Source: Candidatus Poribacteria bacterium (GTDB lineage: Bacteria; Poribacteria; WGA-4E; JAJDTR01). Taken from it: DNA of 64,000 bases. Position numbers and translations under genes: made by a program. Position 1 is the first letter of the stretch. Each line of letters opens with the position of its first letter. The notes under the pieces were generated by a model that made no database searches, was not told the DNA's origin, and worked only from the letters and a program-made list of their open reading frames with translations. The stretch lies in contig JAJDTR010000156.1 in the NCBI GenBank assembly GCA_022827055.1, positions 27,596-91,595 on the forward strand, written 5' to 3'. Below, one piece after another: positions 9,148 to 19,561 of this stretch.

Positions 9148-10323
9148 TCACCCATCGGAGCAAAGCACAAGCGCGCCGGTGTAAGCATGGGCAAAATTCC
9201 GCCCTCCGATTGGAGCAAATTCCGCATTGCCAAAAAATCCGATAATCGGAAGATCCGGAAATCTCTGCTTGATAATCTGGATATCGTGATTCGCCTTCCC
9301 GTAAAGTCCCTTCCCTCTTCCCAAGCAGTTGAAATACATCCCGAAAGCTGGCGGTCGTTCTCGTGTTCGTTCATGTAGATCCAGGACAATCTCTTGAATC
9401 TCTTTATTCGCGGAGGATGAATTTCGCAAGTGAAATTGTATGATCTGGTCTGACGACACACCTTCAGATACAGCGATTGCGCCACTTTCCTTGTCATAAC
9501 CGACCAAATTACGCACAAGGAAATCACCGCGTCGAGGCGCCAGATTTTCCTTATCCATTGCAATACCTATGAACACAACACGCCCCGATTGACGAAGATC
9601 TTCGGCTGTCAAGGATTCAAGGGCCACCTGTAGACTGTCAAGTGCAGGATTGCCGTCGACTTCGTAAATGACGTTGCCGTCCGCACGGGTGATTTGCATT
9701 GGGCGCCCAATCGGTTGGCAACCCTGTGCCACTCCTATTTCGGTGTGGAACGCACCCGTGAGCAACATCCCTGCAACCCCCGCTTCCACGACCTCCTTAT
9801 CATGCCACCCGTAAATGTATTGCCCGTCCGGGCTGCCCGAAGCTGCCGCTCCCACTATTGGTAACCTAACCCCATCTTCGCCGAGTTGGTGTACGAGCGC
9901 CTCCGGGCTAATGGAGCGTACATCCGGTAACACAACTAGTAGCGAGTTTTCGCGAAACTTGGACGAAATACTCTCACGAATTGCGGCTCCAATCGTTGAG
10001 GAATCATCCGATGAAACCAAGAAGGGCATCGCGGAAACATCGTCTGAACGTAGGACAAGCACAGCAACGGCAGGTTCACCTTCAAACTCCCCTGCCGAGG
10101 TGAGCACACTCATTCCGCTGCAGCCGACAAGATGGTCACATCCCGAAATCTCATGTATCGTGTGAAAAAGTCCGCCGTAGTCAGCCTGATAGTCCACCGT
10201 TGCGAAAACAACCGCTAAATCCGCCTTCGCCAGTTGTGCATTACCCATTGCAATCGTCGTGGCATCTTCAAGGGCATCAGCCAAAACGGTTTTTTGGCTC
10301 TGTCCGACGCCAACGCGCATCAT
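9148..10323 (-). CDS. FIST-domain (FIST_N + FIST_C) putative sensor protein with no output domain
   Basis: 391 aa. The overall pattern (ADLAVVFATVDY..., C-terminal FFGNAEFAPIGGRNFAHAYTGAL) matches my recollection of FIST proteins. Confidence 0.55.
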   Translation of the reverse strand: MMRVGVGQSQKTVLADALEDATTIAMGNAQLAKADLAVVFATVDYQADYGGLFHTIHEISGCDHLVGCSGMSVLTSAGEFEGEPAVAVLVLRSDDVSAMPFLVSSDDSSTIGAAIRESISSKFRENSLLVVLPDVRSISPEALVHQLGEDGVRLPIVGAAASGSPDGQYIYGWHDKEVVEAGVAGMLLTGAFHTEIGVAQGCQPIGRPMQITRADGNVIYEVDGNPALDSLQVALESLTAEDLRQSGRVVFIGIAMDKENLAPRRGDFLVRNLVGYDKESGAIAVSEGVSSDQIIQFHLRNSSSANKEIQEIVLDLHERTRERPPAFGMYFNCLGRGKGLYGKANHDIQIIKQRFPDLPIIGFFGNAEFAPIGGRNFAHAYTGALVLCSDG

Positions 10324-10657
10324 TAATCATACCCTCCCTTTCGTATCTCTCCGTATTCTGACGATACTCTCTCATAATCCGATTATCCCAAAATTCAGTT
10401 TATAAGTCAAGATGGAATCTATTCAGGGGAGCCTTGGCAGAAAAACTCCCAACCGTATTCGAATGCTGCAAATGCGCTATCACTTAAAGTAAAGAACGAT
10501 ACCAACTGTGAGTGAGGAAAAAAGACCTCAAAAAGAAGCGCGAGAATGTGATATAATTCGCACGGTACGAAGCACGTGCACTAAATTGCACGACTACGAA
10601 CCAACATCGGTAATATGAATCTGTGAACTATTCATTTGCAATTTTCATGACGGGAGC

Positions 10658-11506
10658 ATGCACCAGATGCCAGCCGAAATTATTGATGGCAGTCAGTTAG
10701 CGAAATCAATACGTAGCCAAATCCGACGCCGAGTGAAAAAACTGGACTTTACGCCGGGGCTTGCCGTAGTTCAGGTAGGAGACGATCCCGCTTCCACTAT
10801 TTATGTCGCTAACAAGGAAAAGGATTGTAAACGGGTCAATTTTCAGTCGGAAGTTTGCAAAATGCCAACGAACACGACGCAATCAGAAATCATCGACCGG
10901 GTTCAGTTCCTGAACGAGCGCGAGGATGTTCATGGCATAATTGTGCAAATGCCTTTGCCGACCGGAGTAGACGCGCAAGCTGTGATTGACACCATTTCAC
11001 CGGAAAAAGATGCCGATGGTCTTAGCCCGATTAACTTGGGCAATCTGCTCATCAACCGCGAACGGGTGACGCCGTGCACCCCCACGGGAGTTATTCGTTT
11101 AATCGAATCTACAGGCGTAGAGATTGAGGGCAAACGTGCCGTCTGTTTAGGACGAAGTAGTCTTGTCGGTAAACCGGTTGGGCTGATGCTACTTAACCGA
11201 AATGCTACCGTCACGTACTGCCATACTCGGACTCGGAACCTCGCGGAGGAGACTCGGAATGCGGAAATTCTGGTCGTGGCAGCCGGTAGACCGGGAATGG
11301 TTACGGCATCAATGGTCTCGGAGGGGGCTGTTGTGATTGATGTGGGAATCTCGCGCGTTAATGATCGTGCTGCCGGAGATGTTGACTATGAATCTGTCAG
11401 CACGGTTGCGGGGTTCATTACGCCTGTGCCGGGAGGAGTGGGCCCGATGACACGCGCCATGCTGCTAGAAAACACGCTGAAGTTAGCAGTTGGACGGTGG
11501 AAATAA
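10658..11506 (+). CDS. folD: Bifunctional methylene-THF dehydrogenase / methenyl-THF cyclohydrolase
   Basis: YVANKEKDCKRVNF, GRSSLVGKPVGLML and PVPGGVGPMT motifs. 282 aa. The start may be the fourth-codon ATG at 10667. Confidence 0.92.
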   Translation: MHQMPAEIIDGSQLAKSIRSQIRRRVKKLDFTPGLAVVQVGDDPASTIYVANKEKDCKRVNFQSEVCKMPTNTTQSEIIDRVQFLNEREDVHGIIVQMPLPTGVDAQAVIDTISPEKDADGLSPINLGNLLINRERVTPCTPTGVIRLIESTGVEIEGKRAVCLGRSSLVGKPVGLMLLNRNATVTYCHTRTRNLAEETRNAEILVVAAGRPGMVTASMVSEGAVVIDVGISRVNDRAAGDVDYESVSTVAGFITPVPGGVGPMTRAMLLENTLKLAVGRWK

Positions 11507-11554
11507 CCTCGGGATGGTGTACGGACGCGTGTTTGACCGTTCAATTGCGCACGG

Positions 11555-12595
11555 TCAAGGCGTTTCAGACAATGTGACTTGACCTTCTCCGTCAACAATT
11601 TCGCCAATGTGGAATGGCGATTCGCCAGATGCGGTTAACACATCAAGTACCGTGTCTACCTGATCTCTTGCGACCGCCAGCACCATTCCGATTCCCATAT
11701 TGAAGACACGGTACATTTCGCCCGATTCGACGCGCCCTTTTTCCTGGAGGAGCCCAAATATCGGCGGATTCTCCCAGGTACCCTTGCGGATTATCGCGCT
11801 GCAGTTCGAAGGCAAAACACGAGCAAGGTTTCCCGGCAAACCTCCGCCCGTAATGTGCGCCATGCCTTTAATGTCACAGTGATTTCGCAGATTCAGAATA
11901 GAGCCTACATAACTCTTGTGATGCTTGAGCAATTCTTCCCCGAGCGTCATCCCCAATTCGGAGATATGGTCGGCAGGATTGTAGCCGCAGACATCCAGCA
12001 GAATTCGGCGGGCGAGGGAAAAGCCGTTTGTGTGCAGCCCCAGTGAACTTAGACCAATTAACTGATCGCCCGGCCGCATTTCATCTCCGGTTATTACCTT
12101 AGATCGCTCCACAACGCCAACGATTGTCCCTACAAGATCGTACTCGCCCTCCCGGTAGAACTCTGGCAACTCCGCCGTTTCACCGCCAATGAACGCGCAA
12201 CCGATTTCCCGACATCCTGACGCCAGTCCGGTGACAATCTGTTCCACAACGTCCGGATACAACTTGCTCGTGCCAATATAGTCCAAGAAAAACAGTGGTT
12301 CGGCTCCTTGAACAAGGATATCGTTTGCGCAATGGGCAACAATGTCATATCCGACAGTGTCATGGCGTCCGGTCATAAAGGCAATCTTTAGCTTTGTACC
12401 GACGCCGTCTGTACTCGAAACCAAAACAGGTTCGTCGTAGTTACCGAGTGCGAAAAGCCCTCCAAAATGCCCAACCTCACTCAACACTTCGGGGCGGTAG
12501 GTCGAACTAAGTATGCACTTCAGGCGGTCAGTGGTTTCTTCTTTCGCGCCAAATGACACGCCAGCGCCCGCATAAGTCAATCCTTGTTCAGTCAT
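11555..12595 (-). CDS. purM: Phosphoribosylformylglycinamidine cyclo-ligase (AIR synthetase)
   Basis: VSSTDGVGTKLKIA, GGETAELP and HITGGGLPGNL motifs. 346 aa. Confidence 0.92.
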   Translation of the reverse strand: MTEQGLTYAGAGVSFGAKEETTDRLKCILSSTYRPEVLSEVGHFGGLFALGNYDEPVLVSSTDGVGTKLKIAFMTGRHDTVGYDIVAHCANDILVQGAEPLFFLDYIGTSKLYPDVVEQIVTGLASGCREIGCAFIGGETAELPEFYREGEYDLVGTIVGVVERSKVITGDEMRPGDQLIGLSSLGLHTNGFSLARRILLDVCGYNPADHISELGMTLGEELLKHHKSYVGSILNLRNHCDIKGMAHITGGGLPGNLARVLPSNCSAIIRKGTWENPPIFGLLQEKGRVESGEMYRVFNMGIGMVLAVARDQVDTVLDVLTASGESPFHIGEIVDGEGQVTLSETP

Positions 12596-12947
12596 TCGTC
12601 CGATTCGATTTTCGTCGTTCGTTAAAAGCCTTTAAACGACGTTTCTCGTTTGCCGACACCACCACTTTCATGATTGATTTCATGTTCAAGAGCAGGATTA
12701 TCAAAAGAATTGCGCTAAACCCGAAGGCAGCCAGATTTGCAACATCGGGTACATTACTTCGCGCAATCGTCGGGTTGAGCACGGGTATAACAAGTTGCAA
12801 CAGTTTGCTCAACGCCATGCCAATTATCGCGCAGATAATGAGGGCGTACATTGTGTACCGCCCTTGGTCCGAATGCACTTGTTTGAAGGTTTTCGAATTA
12901 GGTATAAAATAATTGCTGCGAATGCTGCGTTTCAATCGCCGACGCAT
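12588..12947 (-). CDS. Small two-helix membrane protein, unknown function
   Basis: The ORF lies between purF and purM and overlaps the purM start by 8 nt. It has two hydrophobic helices and a basic C-terminus. No family recognised; the start is uncertain (internal Met at codon 33). Confidence 0.3.
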   Translation of the reverse strand: MRRRLKRSIRSNYFIPNSKTFKQVHSDQGRYTMYALIICAIIGMALSKLLQLVIPVLNPTIARSNVPDVANLAAFGFSAILLIILLLNMKSIMKVVVSANEKRRLKAFNERRKSNRTND

Positions 12948-13025
12948 GAACCGTCTCCCTGATTTATCAAAAGCTAAACCGTGTGCCGACGCTCCCCCAA
13001 TCTTCGCGTTTTGTCCTTATACCGA

Positions 13026-14483
13026 CTATACCCCGTCTTCCGCAATCCCCAAGGAAAGCTGATTACCCTGTTCGCCGCTAAATTCGACCGGATATTTCCC
13101 ATCAAAGCAGGCTGTGCAGAAATCCTTGCCGGACTTGACGCCTTTCAGCAATCCCTCCGTACTGAGATAACCCAGACTGTCCGCTCGAATATATTTGCGT
13201 ATCTCATCCACGGAATGGGAACTCGCAATTAGCTCTTTCCGAGTCGGCGTATCTACACCGTAAAAGCACGGAAACCGATTGGGAGGAGATGCGATGCGGA
13301 CATGAACCTCTCGCGCCCCGCCCTCGCGTATAAGTTTAACGAGTTGGCGAGAAGTAGGACCTCGCATAATGGAATCATCAATCACCGCAACGCGCTTCCC
13401 TTCGAGTATACTCCGAATCGGATTCAACTTCACCTTGACCATGAGTTCGCGCATCTGATGAGACGGATGCATGAACGAGCGTCCAACGAACGAGTTTCGG
13501 TAGAGCCCCATATCAAAAGGGATTCCCGATTCTTCGGAGTAACCGAGAGCGGCAAGAGTCGCGGAATCCGGCACAGAAATGACCACGTCTGCATCGGCGG
13601 GGCACTCCCGTGCCAGTTGGCGTCCAAGTTCACGCCTTGGACGATTGACCAGTTCACCAAAAACATGGCTATCGGGTCGGGCGAGATAAATATATTCGAA
13701 GATACATTGTGACAGGGCGGGCAAGCGATCATGAAATCTGAATGATGACGGGGCGCGTCCAGCCCCGGTAATGGTAACTATCTCGCCCGGCTCAATCTCG
13801 CGGACGGTTTCGGCTTCAATCACGTCGAACGCGCAGGTTTCAGAGGCAAGTACATGTGCGTCATTCAGTCGTCCGAGCCAGAGTGGTCGAAATGCGTATG
13901 GATCTCGAGCGGCGATTAGAATGCCCTTACTCATAATGAGAATGGAAAATGCCCCTCTGACCTCGTTCAAGGCGTCAACAACGCGATCTTCCAAAAAATG
14001 CTGCGAAGATCTCGCGATCAAATGGGCAAGGACCTCGGTATCCGTGGAGGAATGGAAGATTGACCCTGTATCTACCAGATTATTCCGCACGCGAGTCGCA
14101 TTTACGAGGTTTCCGTTGTGAGCAATTGCCAGGGGGCCGCCCTTGTAAGTCCGAATGAGTGGTTGGGCGTTTTCGAGATTGCTGCTGCCCGCGGTTGAAT
14201 AACGATTATGCCCAATCGCAACATACCCCTCTAGCTTGGACAGTGTTTCCGGGTCGAACACGTGATCGACGAGCCCCATTCCCAAATGGTGGTGGAATTC
14301 CTCTTTACTTGATGCGGCAATTCCTGCGCTTTCCTGTCCCCGATGTTGAAGCGCACGTAATCCAAGATAGGTCAACTCGGCGGCTCTGGGATGCCCAAAA
14401 ATACCGAAAACACCGCACTCATCTCTTGGTTTGTCGTCACTCTCATCAAGATAGTGCATTCTGTAATTGCTCCATTCTGTCAA
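13026..14483 (-). CDS. purF: Amidophosphoribosyltransferase
   Basis: Propeptide followed by Ntn Cys (DECGVFGIFGH), PRPP loop VIDDSIMRGPTSRQL, and C-terminal Cys residues for an FeS cluster. Confidence 0.92.
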   Translation of the reverse strand: MTEWSNYRMHYLDESDDKPRDECGVFGIFGHPRAAELTYLGLRALQHRGQESAGIAASSKEEFHHHLGMGLVDHVFDPETLSKLEGYVAIGHNRYSTAGSSNLENAQPLIRTYKGGPLAIAHNGNLVNATRVRNNLVDTGSIFHSSTDTEVLAHLIARSSQHFLEDRVVDALNEVRGAFSILIMSKGILIAARDPYAFRPLWLGRLNDAHVLASETCAFDVIEAETVREIEPGEIVTITGAGRAPSSFRFHDRLPALSQCIFEYIYLARPDSHVFGELVNRPRRELGRQLARECPADADVVISVPDSATLAALGYSEESGIPFDMGLYRNSFVGRSFMHPSHQMRELMVKVKLNPIRSILEGKRVAVIDDSIMRGPTSRQLVKLIREGGAREVHVRIASPPNRFPCFYGVDTPTRKELIASSHSVDEIRKYIRADSLGYLSTEGLLKGVKSGKDFCTACFDGKYPVEFSGEQGNQLSLGIAEDGV

Positions 14484-14534
14484 CGAATCGGACCCAATCG
14501 AAAGTTAGCACTACTACCACGTAGCAAGAGAACT

Positions 14535-15086
14535 TCAACAATCTTCAGCGAGAGACTCTGTCTCTTTGTTTGTACTCCGGCTCAGCCGGTATCCCAAGAT
14601 CGCACCAATTGGCGCAGCAAGAATGTACAAGAGTTCGGGAGGACATTTAAGCAACAGTAGAACACGCAGCGGCAAAGAGATAAGAAAGGCGAGCGCCCGA
14701 AATACGGGCAATAGAAGTGAGATAAGCAGATTTTGTGGAATTAACTCCGCCCACTGAATGTGTAGTAGCGACATGAGGGCAACAATCGCCGGGGCTCCGA
14801 GAAAGGCACCCTGATACGTTCCCCTGCGACCAATATGGACGCCGAATTTCATTCCCACAAACCGAACACTCTCGGCGACTCCGGCAACCGTGACACCATA
14901 GGTTATACCAAAAGAGATCAGTAGGAATAACCCTACCCAGAATCCGTGTTGTACGCGATCGGCGATTATTACTCCCCAGAAAAACTTTTCAAAGATGAAA
15001 AGGCACAGCCCACCGCCAACCAGACCAACTACAGCCCCCAAAAAAATCTGGCTGAGTGTCAAAAGAATCTTATTTTTTCGAGACAT
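14535..15086 (-). CDS. Polytopic membrane protein, unknown function
   Basis: 183 aa with 5-6 hydrophobic helices. No motif recognised. Confidence 0.45.
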   Translation of the reverse strand: MSRKNKILLTLSQIFLGAVVGLVGGGLCLFIFEKFFWGVIIADRVQHGFWVGLFLLISFGITYGVTVAGVAESVRFVGMKFGVHIGRRGTYQGAFLGAPAIVALMSLLHIQWAELIPQNLLISLLLPVFRALAFLISLPLRVLLLLKCPPELLYILAAPIGAILGYRLSRSTNKETESLAEDC

Positions 15087-15427
15087 ATCACCTCTTGAGT
15101 TCAGAGTGTATAGACATAAGATATCAGTGCGACAAGCAACTCACTCTGGAAGGGTAATTCCGGTTGCCATGATGCCGAATAAGCGTGCTTAGCTATCGAT
15201 TGGAGACACGCAGTCATGCAGCTTGAGGGTTGGAGTTGTGCCCTATTGCCTAAAGGATATTATAACCCATCATTGGAAAAATACCAACTCGTTTTCTCGC
15301 CGTTCACTTATCTTATTCGCAAAATGATATGGTATGGGTGATTCAATGCGGGTACATTCGTGTGTCGTGAACTAGGTGCGCAAGTCCGATGTTGCATGTA
15401 TCGGCAGATACATCTCAGTCCAATATT

Positions 15428-15572
15428 CTTCTCAAGTAATACTTTTTCAAAACCAGTCGTAGAGAAGGAAATCTGGACCACAATCTGTTAGATTGTGATC
15501 CGCAAACTCACAGTTTGCGGTACAAGAGTGTTGCTTGCTGAATGAATTATTCCGACAGGGACAATGGCGTGC
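15428..15572 (+). repeat. Intergenic structured repeat, family 2, copy 1 (candidate ncRNA or MITE)
   Basis: Arm CAAGTAATACT (15433-15443) pairs with AGTGTTGCTTG (15527-15537). Two perfect hairpins lie inside: 15479-15497 (7 bp) and 15500-15520 (8 bp). The conserved 3' tail CTGAATGAATTATTCCGACAGGGACAATGGCGTG is shared with 27068-27102. Confidence 0.5.
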
Positions 15573-15652
15573 TGCCAAGGAATTACTGTTTGGAGTACTC
15601 AACTGGAAGGGCAGCTACAGCCAAGAGCGCTAGAGTTCAAAATCTACGTGCG

Positions 15653-17299
15653 TTAAAGACCTCGTTCCCAGAGATATCGGAACTGGAACTCGAGATGATT
15701 GGAGTTCTGACTGTTGCCGTTTAGATGGCCCCTGTTTACAATGTAGTCGTGTTGATATGACAGATCTAGTTGCCATGCACGAATCGGTTCGTACACCAAC
15801 CGACATCCAAAACCGTGCCGTCGCTCAACGACGCCGGATGGAAACGAGATTGAGCGAAAATCTTCACCGACAAAGCGGTCTTCAACGCCTGCCTCGCCTT
15901 GACGCTCCAATTCAAAGAACAGATTCATGCGAGTGTCAGCGTTAATCAGATAGTTTCCTTCGATATAAGATACATCTGCATCTGTTCCAATTTCATGCCC
16001 GATAATTGAACCGAAATGGGTGTACTGATTCTCTTGAACCAAGTGCGTGTATGCCCACCGATTTACGCGCGCGTACTCGGCGCGAACCCCCAGCCGGCGT
16101 GATTCGAGTGCACGGTTCCATTCTAGTCCTGCAAGCCATGCTAAGGCGTTGGGATCATCCGACTTAACGTACTGGACATCATCTATGAGCAATTCACCGT
16201 ACAGACGAAACCCGTCAACAGGACGAACCGCCCCTTCGAAAAGAAACATTGCATTGTCGTCATTATCGGAGTTGTGTTGGCTCGCATAGTACGGCAAAAT
16301 AGGATTGAAATACTGCCACTCAACCCCTCGCGTTTCTCCTCCGTACAAGATTAACTCCGAGACACCGACCTCAAGACGGTCGTTGATTTGGTAATCCAAT
16401 CGGTGTCCCGCCAGATAACGACTAGCGAGATAGCGGCGCGGGTCTTCGTCATGCCAAGTGTGGTCAAGCTGTGCTGTGAAAGATGTACCTCTAACTCTAC
16501 CGAATTTGCCGGTCAGCAAAATGAGATCGAATGGAGGTGAGTTGTCAGAAATTCCAACCGCACCGCGGAATCCAGTGCCCCAGAAGAGTTGATCGCGTCC
16601 TATGAGTAGTTCGAGCTTGGAAATCGGAACTCGCAGATAAACTCTTTTGAAGTCTGCCGTGAAATCCCCGCGCCAAGGCTTGAGACGTTTGGAAGCAGTG
16701 CTGCCGAGACTCGGATATTTGCCCGGCAAATTCGTAACCTCAAATTCTTGATGCAACGTCAGCCAGCCACCCGAACCATAATAAAACGCACCTTCAAAAG
16801 CAGGACCGAGTTTTGAGTTGGTCTGACTGCTCCGCAACTCGATAGCACCGCGCGCCCGGAGACTACCTTCATCGTTCTGACCCGATAGACGTGCCAACTC
16901 CAAAGCAAACTCGCGTTGTAATTTTTCCAGAAGTTCTATGGATATGGGGGCTTGCTCACTTTTCTCACTGGCAATCCGACGCTGTGCTTGGCGAATCACC
17001 TGCGCAATCTGGCGACGCGTGCGGGGGCGCGTGTGCCGATGAAAACCGCCAGTTACACCATCGGTTTCCAGTCTTTCCAAAGCAAAGTTCACCCACGCGT
17101 CGAAATGGAAAGCCGCGTCCGGGGCAGCATTCACCGGGCTTACGATAAGGAAGGAGATGAAAACAAGGTATGCGCTAACGGTGAAAAGTGGAGGGAAGCG
17201 CGGGCAACGTGCCGTGCACCGCGAAGCAGTGAATATGCCGTTCGAATTGGATGAGACTGAACGCTTTAATGATTGAACGCCTGCCAGCTTTAGACCCAT
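15653..17299 (-). CDS. Outer-membrane beta-barrel protein, capsule-assembly Wzi-like
   Basis: Signal-anchor-like N-terminus. N-terminal helical segment ...WVNFALERLETDGV...HTRPRTRRQIAQVI recalls the Wzi family. Long alternating beta-strand C-terminus ending in an aromatic-rich strand. Probable start is the ATG at 17297-17299, 1 nt after the nadE stop. Confidence 0.5.
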   Translation of the reverse strand: MGLKLAGVQSLKRSVSSNSNGIFTASRCTARCPRFPPLFTVSAYLVFISFLIVSPVNAAPDAAFHFDAWVNFALERLETDGVTGGFHRHTRPRTRRQIAQVIRQAQRRIASEKSEQAPISIELLEKLQREFALELARLSGQNDEGSLRARGAIELRSSQTNSKLGPAFEGAFYYGSGGWLTLHQEFEVTNLPGKYPSLGSTASKRLKPWRGDFTADFKRVYLRVPISKLELLIGRDQLFWGTGFRGAVGISDNSPPFDLILLTGKFGRVRGTSFTAQLDHTWHDEDPRRYLASRYLAGHRLDYQINDRLEVGVSELILYGGETRGVEWQYFNPILPYYASQHNSDNDDNAMFLFEGAVRPVDGFRLYGELLIDDVQYVKSDDPNALAWLAGLEWNRALESRRLGVRAEYARVNRWAYTHLVQENQYTHFGSIIGHEIGTDADVSYIEGNYLINADTRMNLFFELERQGEAGVEDRFVGEDFRSISFPSGVVERRHGFGCRLVYEPIRAWQLDLSYQHDYIVNRGHLNGNSQNSNHLEFQFRYLWERGL

Positions 17300-17300
17300 C

Positions 17301-19403
17301 TTAATCTCGCGTTCTGTTACACTCCTGCATTTTTTCCGCAAGCCGATCCATTTTCTGAAATTGCCACGTCCATCTCACATTGTAAAGAAACTGCCTAAGA
17401 TCGAACCGGTTGTCGTCCGGTGAATAGGATTCCGCGTGATAAGACGGCGTCAGGGTCGTCATCTTGTGACGATTGATAGCGTAATATCGGAAGAATCTCT
17501 TAACTTTCCCAGCCACTTCACCGGGAGCAAGATGCGTCCATTCGTGAACAAGCTTTTCAAACATGCTTACCGGACCGCATCGGTGAATTTTCCGCAATCT
17601 GCCAAACCGGCTAAGTTCCGCGTAAGTCATGCCCATGTCCGCTTCATCCTCCTGCACATGGGTTTCGGTCAACGGCTCCAATTCGGCGGTTGGCGGGGCT
17701 TCGACGATTTCCGTGAGGGCGCTATATCCGAGATTTCCCGATGCCCACCGGAGAAACAAACGCAGATCCGTCTTGCTAATGCCGCCAATCGGGTTGATAT
17801 CCGCGCTGCTGCAGTCGTACTTTGTCATGTAGCCGCGCAAACTCTCATCCACATTGGCAGTCCCCAATACCAGCAACCCTCCGTGTCTGCCTCTTACCCA
17901 CGGTAAGAGTTGTGCCAAGAAGTAAGACAATACCATGCGCAAACGTGCTTGGATATTCTGCAAGGCGGCGTTTTCGGCATCTGTGCCTCCCTCAACTTTG
18001 AATCGAGGCGCTTTCCCGGTCAGGCGCACAAAAAGTTCAAACATAGAGGTAACTATGGAATCAATGTTGGCATCCAAGTGGAACGAACCAATCTGACCCG
18101 TTAAAGTCTTTGCGCGACTTTGCGTAGCCTTGGAACTATTTTCCGTGCCCATATAGCAGGTGTAGAGGAGGCGGCTTGCCAACTCGCGCGCGTCTTCCGG
18201 GATGTAATCGGTGTCTTCTTTTCCAGCAAATCTACGAACATCGCGAATAACCTGTTGATTTCCGTTTGCCGCTTCCTTGACCACCATCTGGCACATTGAG
18301 CCAACCATGGTTGCCACAGACGAGCTATCGGATCCGCCGGATATTGGCAGAAAATAACCGCACGCACCGGATCGTCTGAGGTAATCCCATAGCCAGCAAC
18401 TCGGCCCATACGCAATCTCCTCTTCCGGGAGATGGTATCGGACTTTTTTTGGCACAGAAGGCGCACGTCGAAATTCATCCTGTGTCAAATCAAAATCTAC
18501 ATCAATGCGTGGTATCGATTGCGACTGACTCGCTTGCACGGAACGACTAACCATGGCACCGCGGTATGACCGAACATCCTCAAGGTTCACTGTAGCAGTA
18601 ACGACTTCGACATCTTGCAACGAAAATTGCTCCCCTTGTGCGACAACCTCGCCATTGAGCGCAATAAGCGCACATCCGTCGAAGTAAAGGCGTCCACCAT
18701 CACACCCCTTTTGGTTGGAGTAAAGATAGACACCTCCGTTTTTCGATGTGCCGCTCCGTATCAGGTCTAGCCGTTGGTGAAGCTTCCTTAGTTCATGATG
18801 CGACCCCGACCCGTTCGCAAATATTTCGATACCATCAAGACCAAGACGGATATGAGGGCTAATTGGTGCAAAAAGTTCCTCGCAGGTTTCGGGAGCGAGC
18901 GCCGTATCCCGAGTGGCAATAGCGCCATCGCCAAAAGGTGCTGTAGACTGCCCCGTGATTTCGCGAATCATTCTTGGCAGGTAATGTTCTTCCAATTTTC
19001 CGGGTAGTTGCCAAGGAACGAACCATCGTGGTTCTCGATAGTTTCGATCGGCGGCAAGCACCAGTTTGGGACGTATAAACAGAATCTTCCCGTTTAACAC
19101 GATGACTCTGCAATTGTACCGCACATTCTTGTGCATAACGGGCATGCCGGTGTCGCAGAGGATGTCATTCGTCAGGCCGCTCTTAAGAATCGCGCCAAGA
19201 CATTCCCACGAATGGAGAAAGGTGTCATCTTCCAAAAAAGCGTCCTCGCAACCGTAACCCGGAATCTCGAGTTCCGGGCCTAATCGATATCGAGCACCTC
19301 TGTTCTTGGCGACTTGGATGGATTCAATAATCCTCTCAAGATTACCACTAAAGTCAAGTGCCCACTGGTTAAGATTGCAGGTTGCCAATGTAGCAAGTTT
19401 CAT
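17301..19403 (-). CDS. nadE: Glutamine-dependent NAD+ synthetase, long eukaryote-like (NADSYN1/Qns1-type) form
   Basis: CN-hydrolase half: [44 protein letters not shown]. Synthetase half: [66 protein letters not shown]. The likely start is [11 protein letters not shown] at 19403 rather than the ORF-track 19436. Confidence 0.9.
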   Translation of the reverse strand: MKLATLATCNLNQWALDFSGNLERIIESIQVAKNRGARYRLGPELEIPGYGCEDAFLEDDTFLHSWECLGAILKSGLTNDILCDTGMPVMHKNVRYNCRVIVLNGKILFIRPKLVLAADRNYREPRWFVPWQLPGKLEEHYLPRMIREITGQSTAPFGDGAIATRDTALAPETCEELFAPISPHIRLGLDGIEIFANGSGSHHELRKLHQRLDLIRSGTSKNGGVYLYSNQKGCDGGRLYFDGCALIALNGEVVAQGEQFSLQDVEVVTATVNLEDVRSYRGAMVSRSVQASQSQSIPRIDVDFDLTQDEFRRAPSVPKKVRYHLPEEEIAYGPSCWLWDYLRRSGACGYFLPISGGSDSSSVATMVGSMCQMVVKEAANGNQQVIRDVRRFAGKEDTDYIPEDARELASRLLYTCYMGTENSSKATQSRAKTLTGQIGSFHLDANIDSIVTSMFELFVRLTGKAPRFKVEGGTDAENAALQNIQARLRMVLSYFLAQLLPWVRGRHGGLLVLGTANVDESLRGYMTKYDCSSADINPIGGISKTDLRLFLRWASGNLGYSALTEIVEAPPTAELEPLTETHVQEDEADMGMTYAELSRFGRLRKIHRCGPVSMFEKLVHEWTHLAPGEVAGKVKRFFRYYAINRHKMTTLTPSYHAESYSPDDNRFDLRQFLYNVRWTWQFQKMDRLAEKMQECNRTRD

Positions 19404-19561
19404 AGTGTAGTCGTCATAAACCCAAAGATGGCACAAATAACGGGGTAGCGAGGCGAGAATAGCCTGTTCAAACGGGATAAAGTCTCACGATTACAAATCA
19501 CTTTCTATTGACCACGGCCCGGAGTGCGAATCCGCAATTCCTAAGATTGCATAAATCAATT

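Noticed and set aside
9108-9563. 151-aa minus-strand ORF overlapping the 3' end of the FIST gene in another frame.
   Set aside because: It is entirely inside the 391-aa FIST ORF, which has the coherent domain-like sequence. The overlapping frame has odd composition and no start signals.
10324-10657. ZTP (pfl) or THF riboswitch upstream of folD.
   Set aside because: No GGGUCGUGA...CCGGGCGGA...CCGCCUGGGC-type pseudoknot elements or THF motif are visible. The region looks like an ordinary divergent promoter region.
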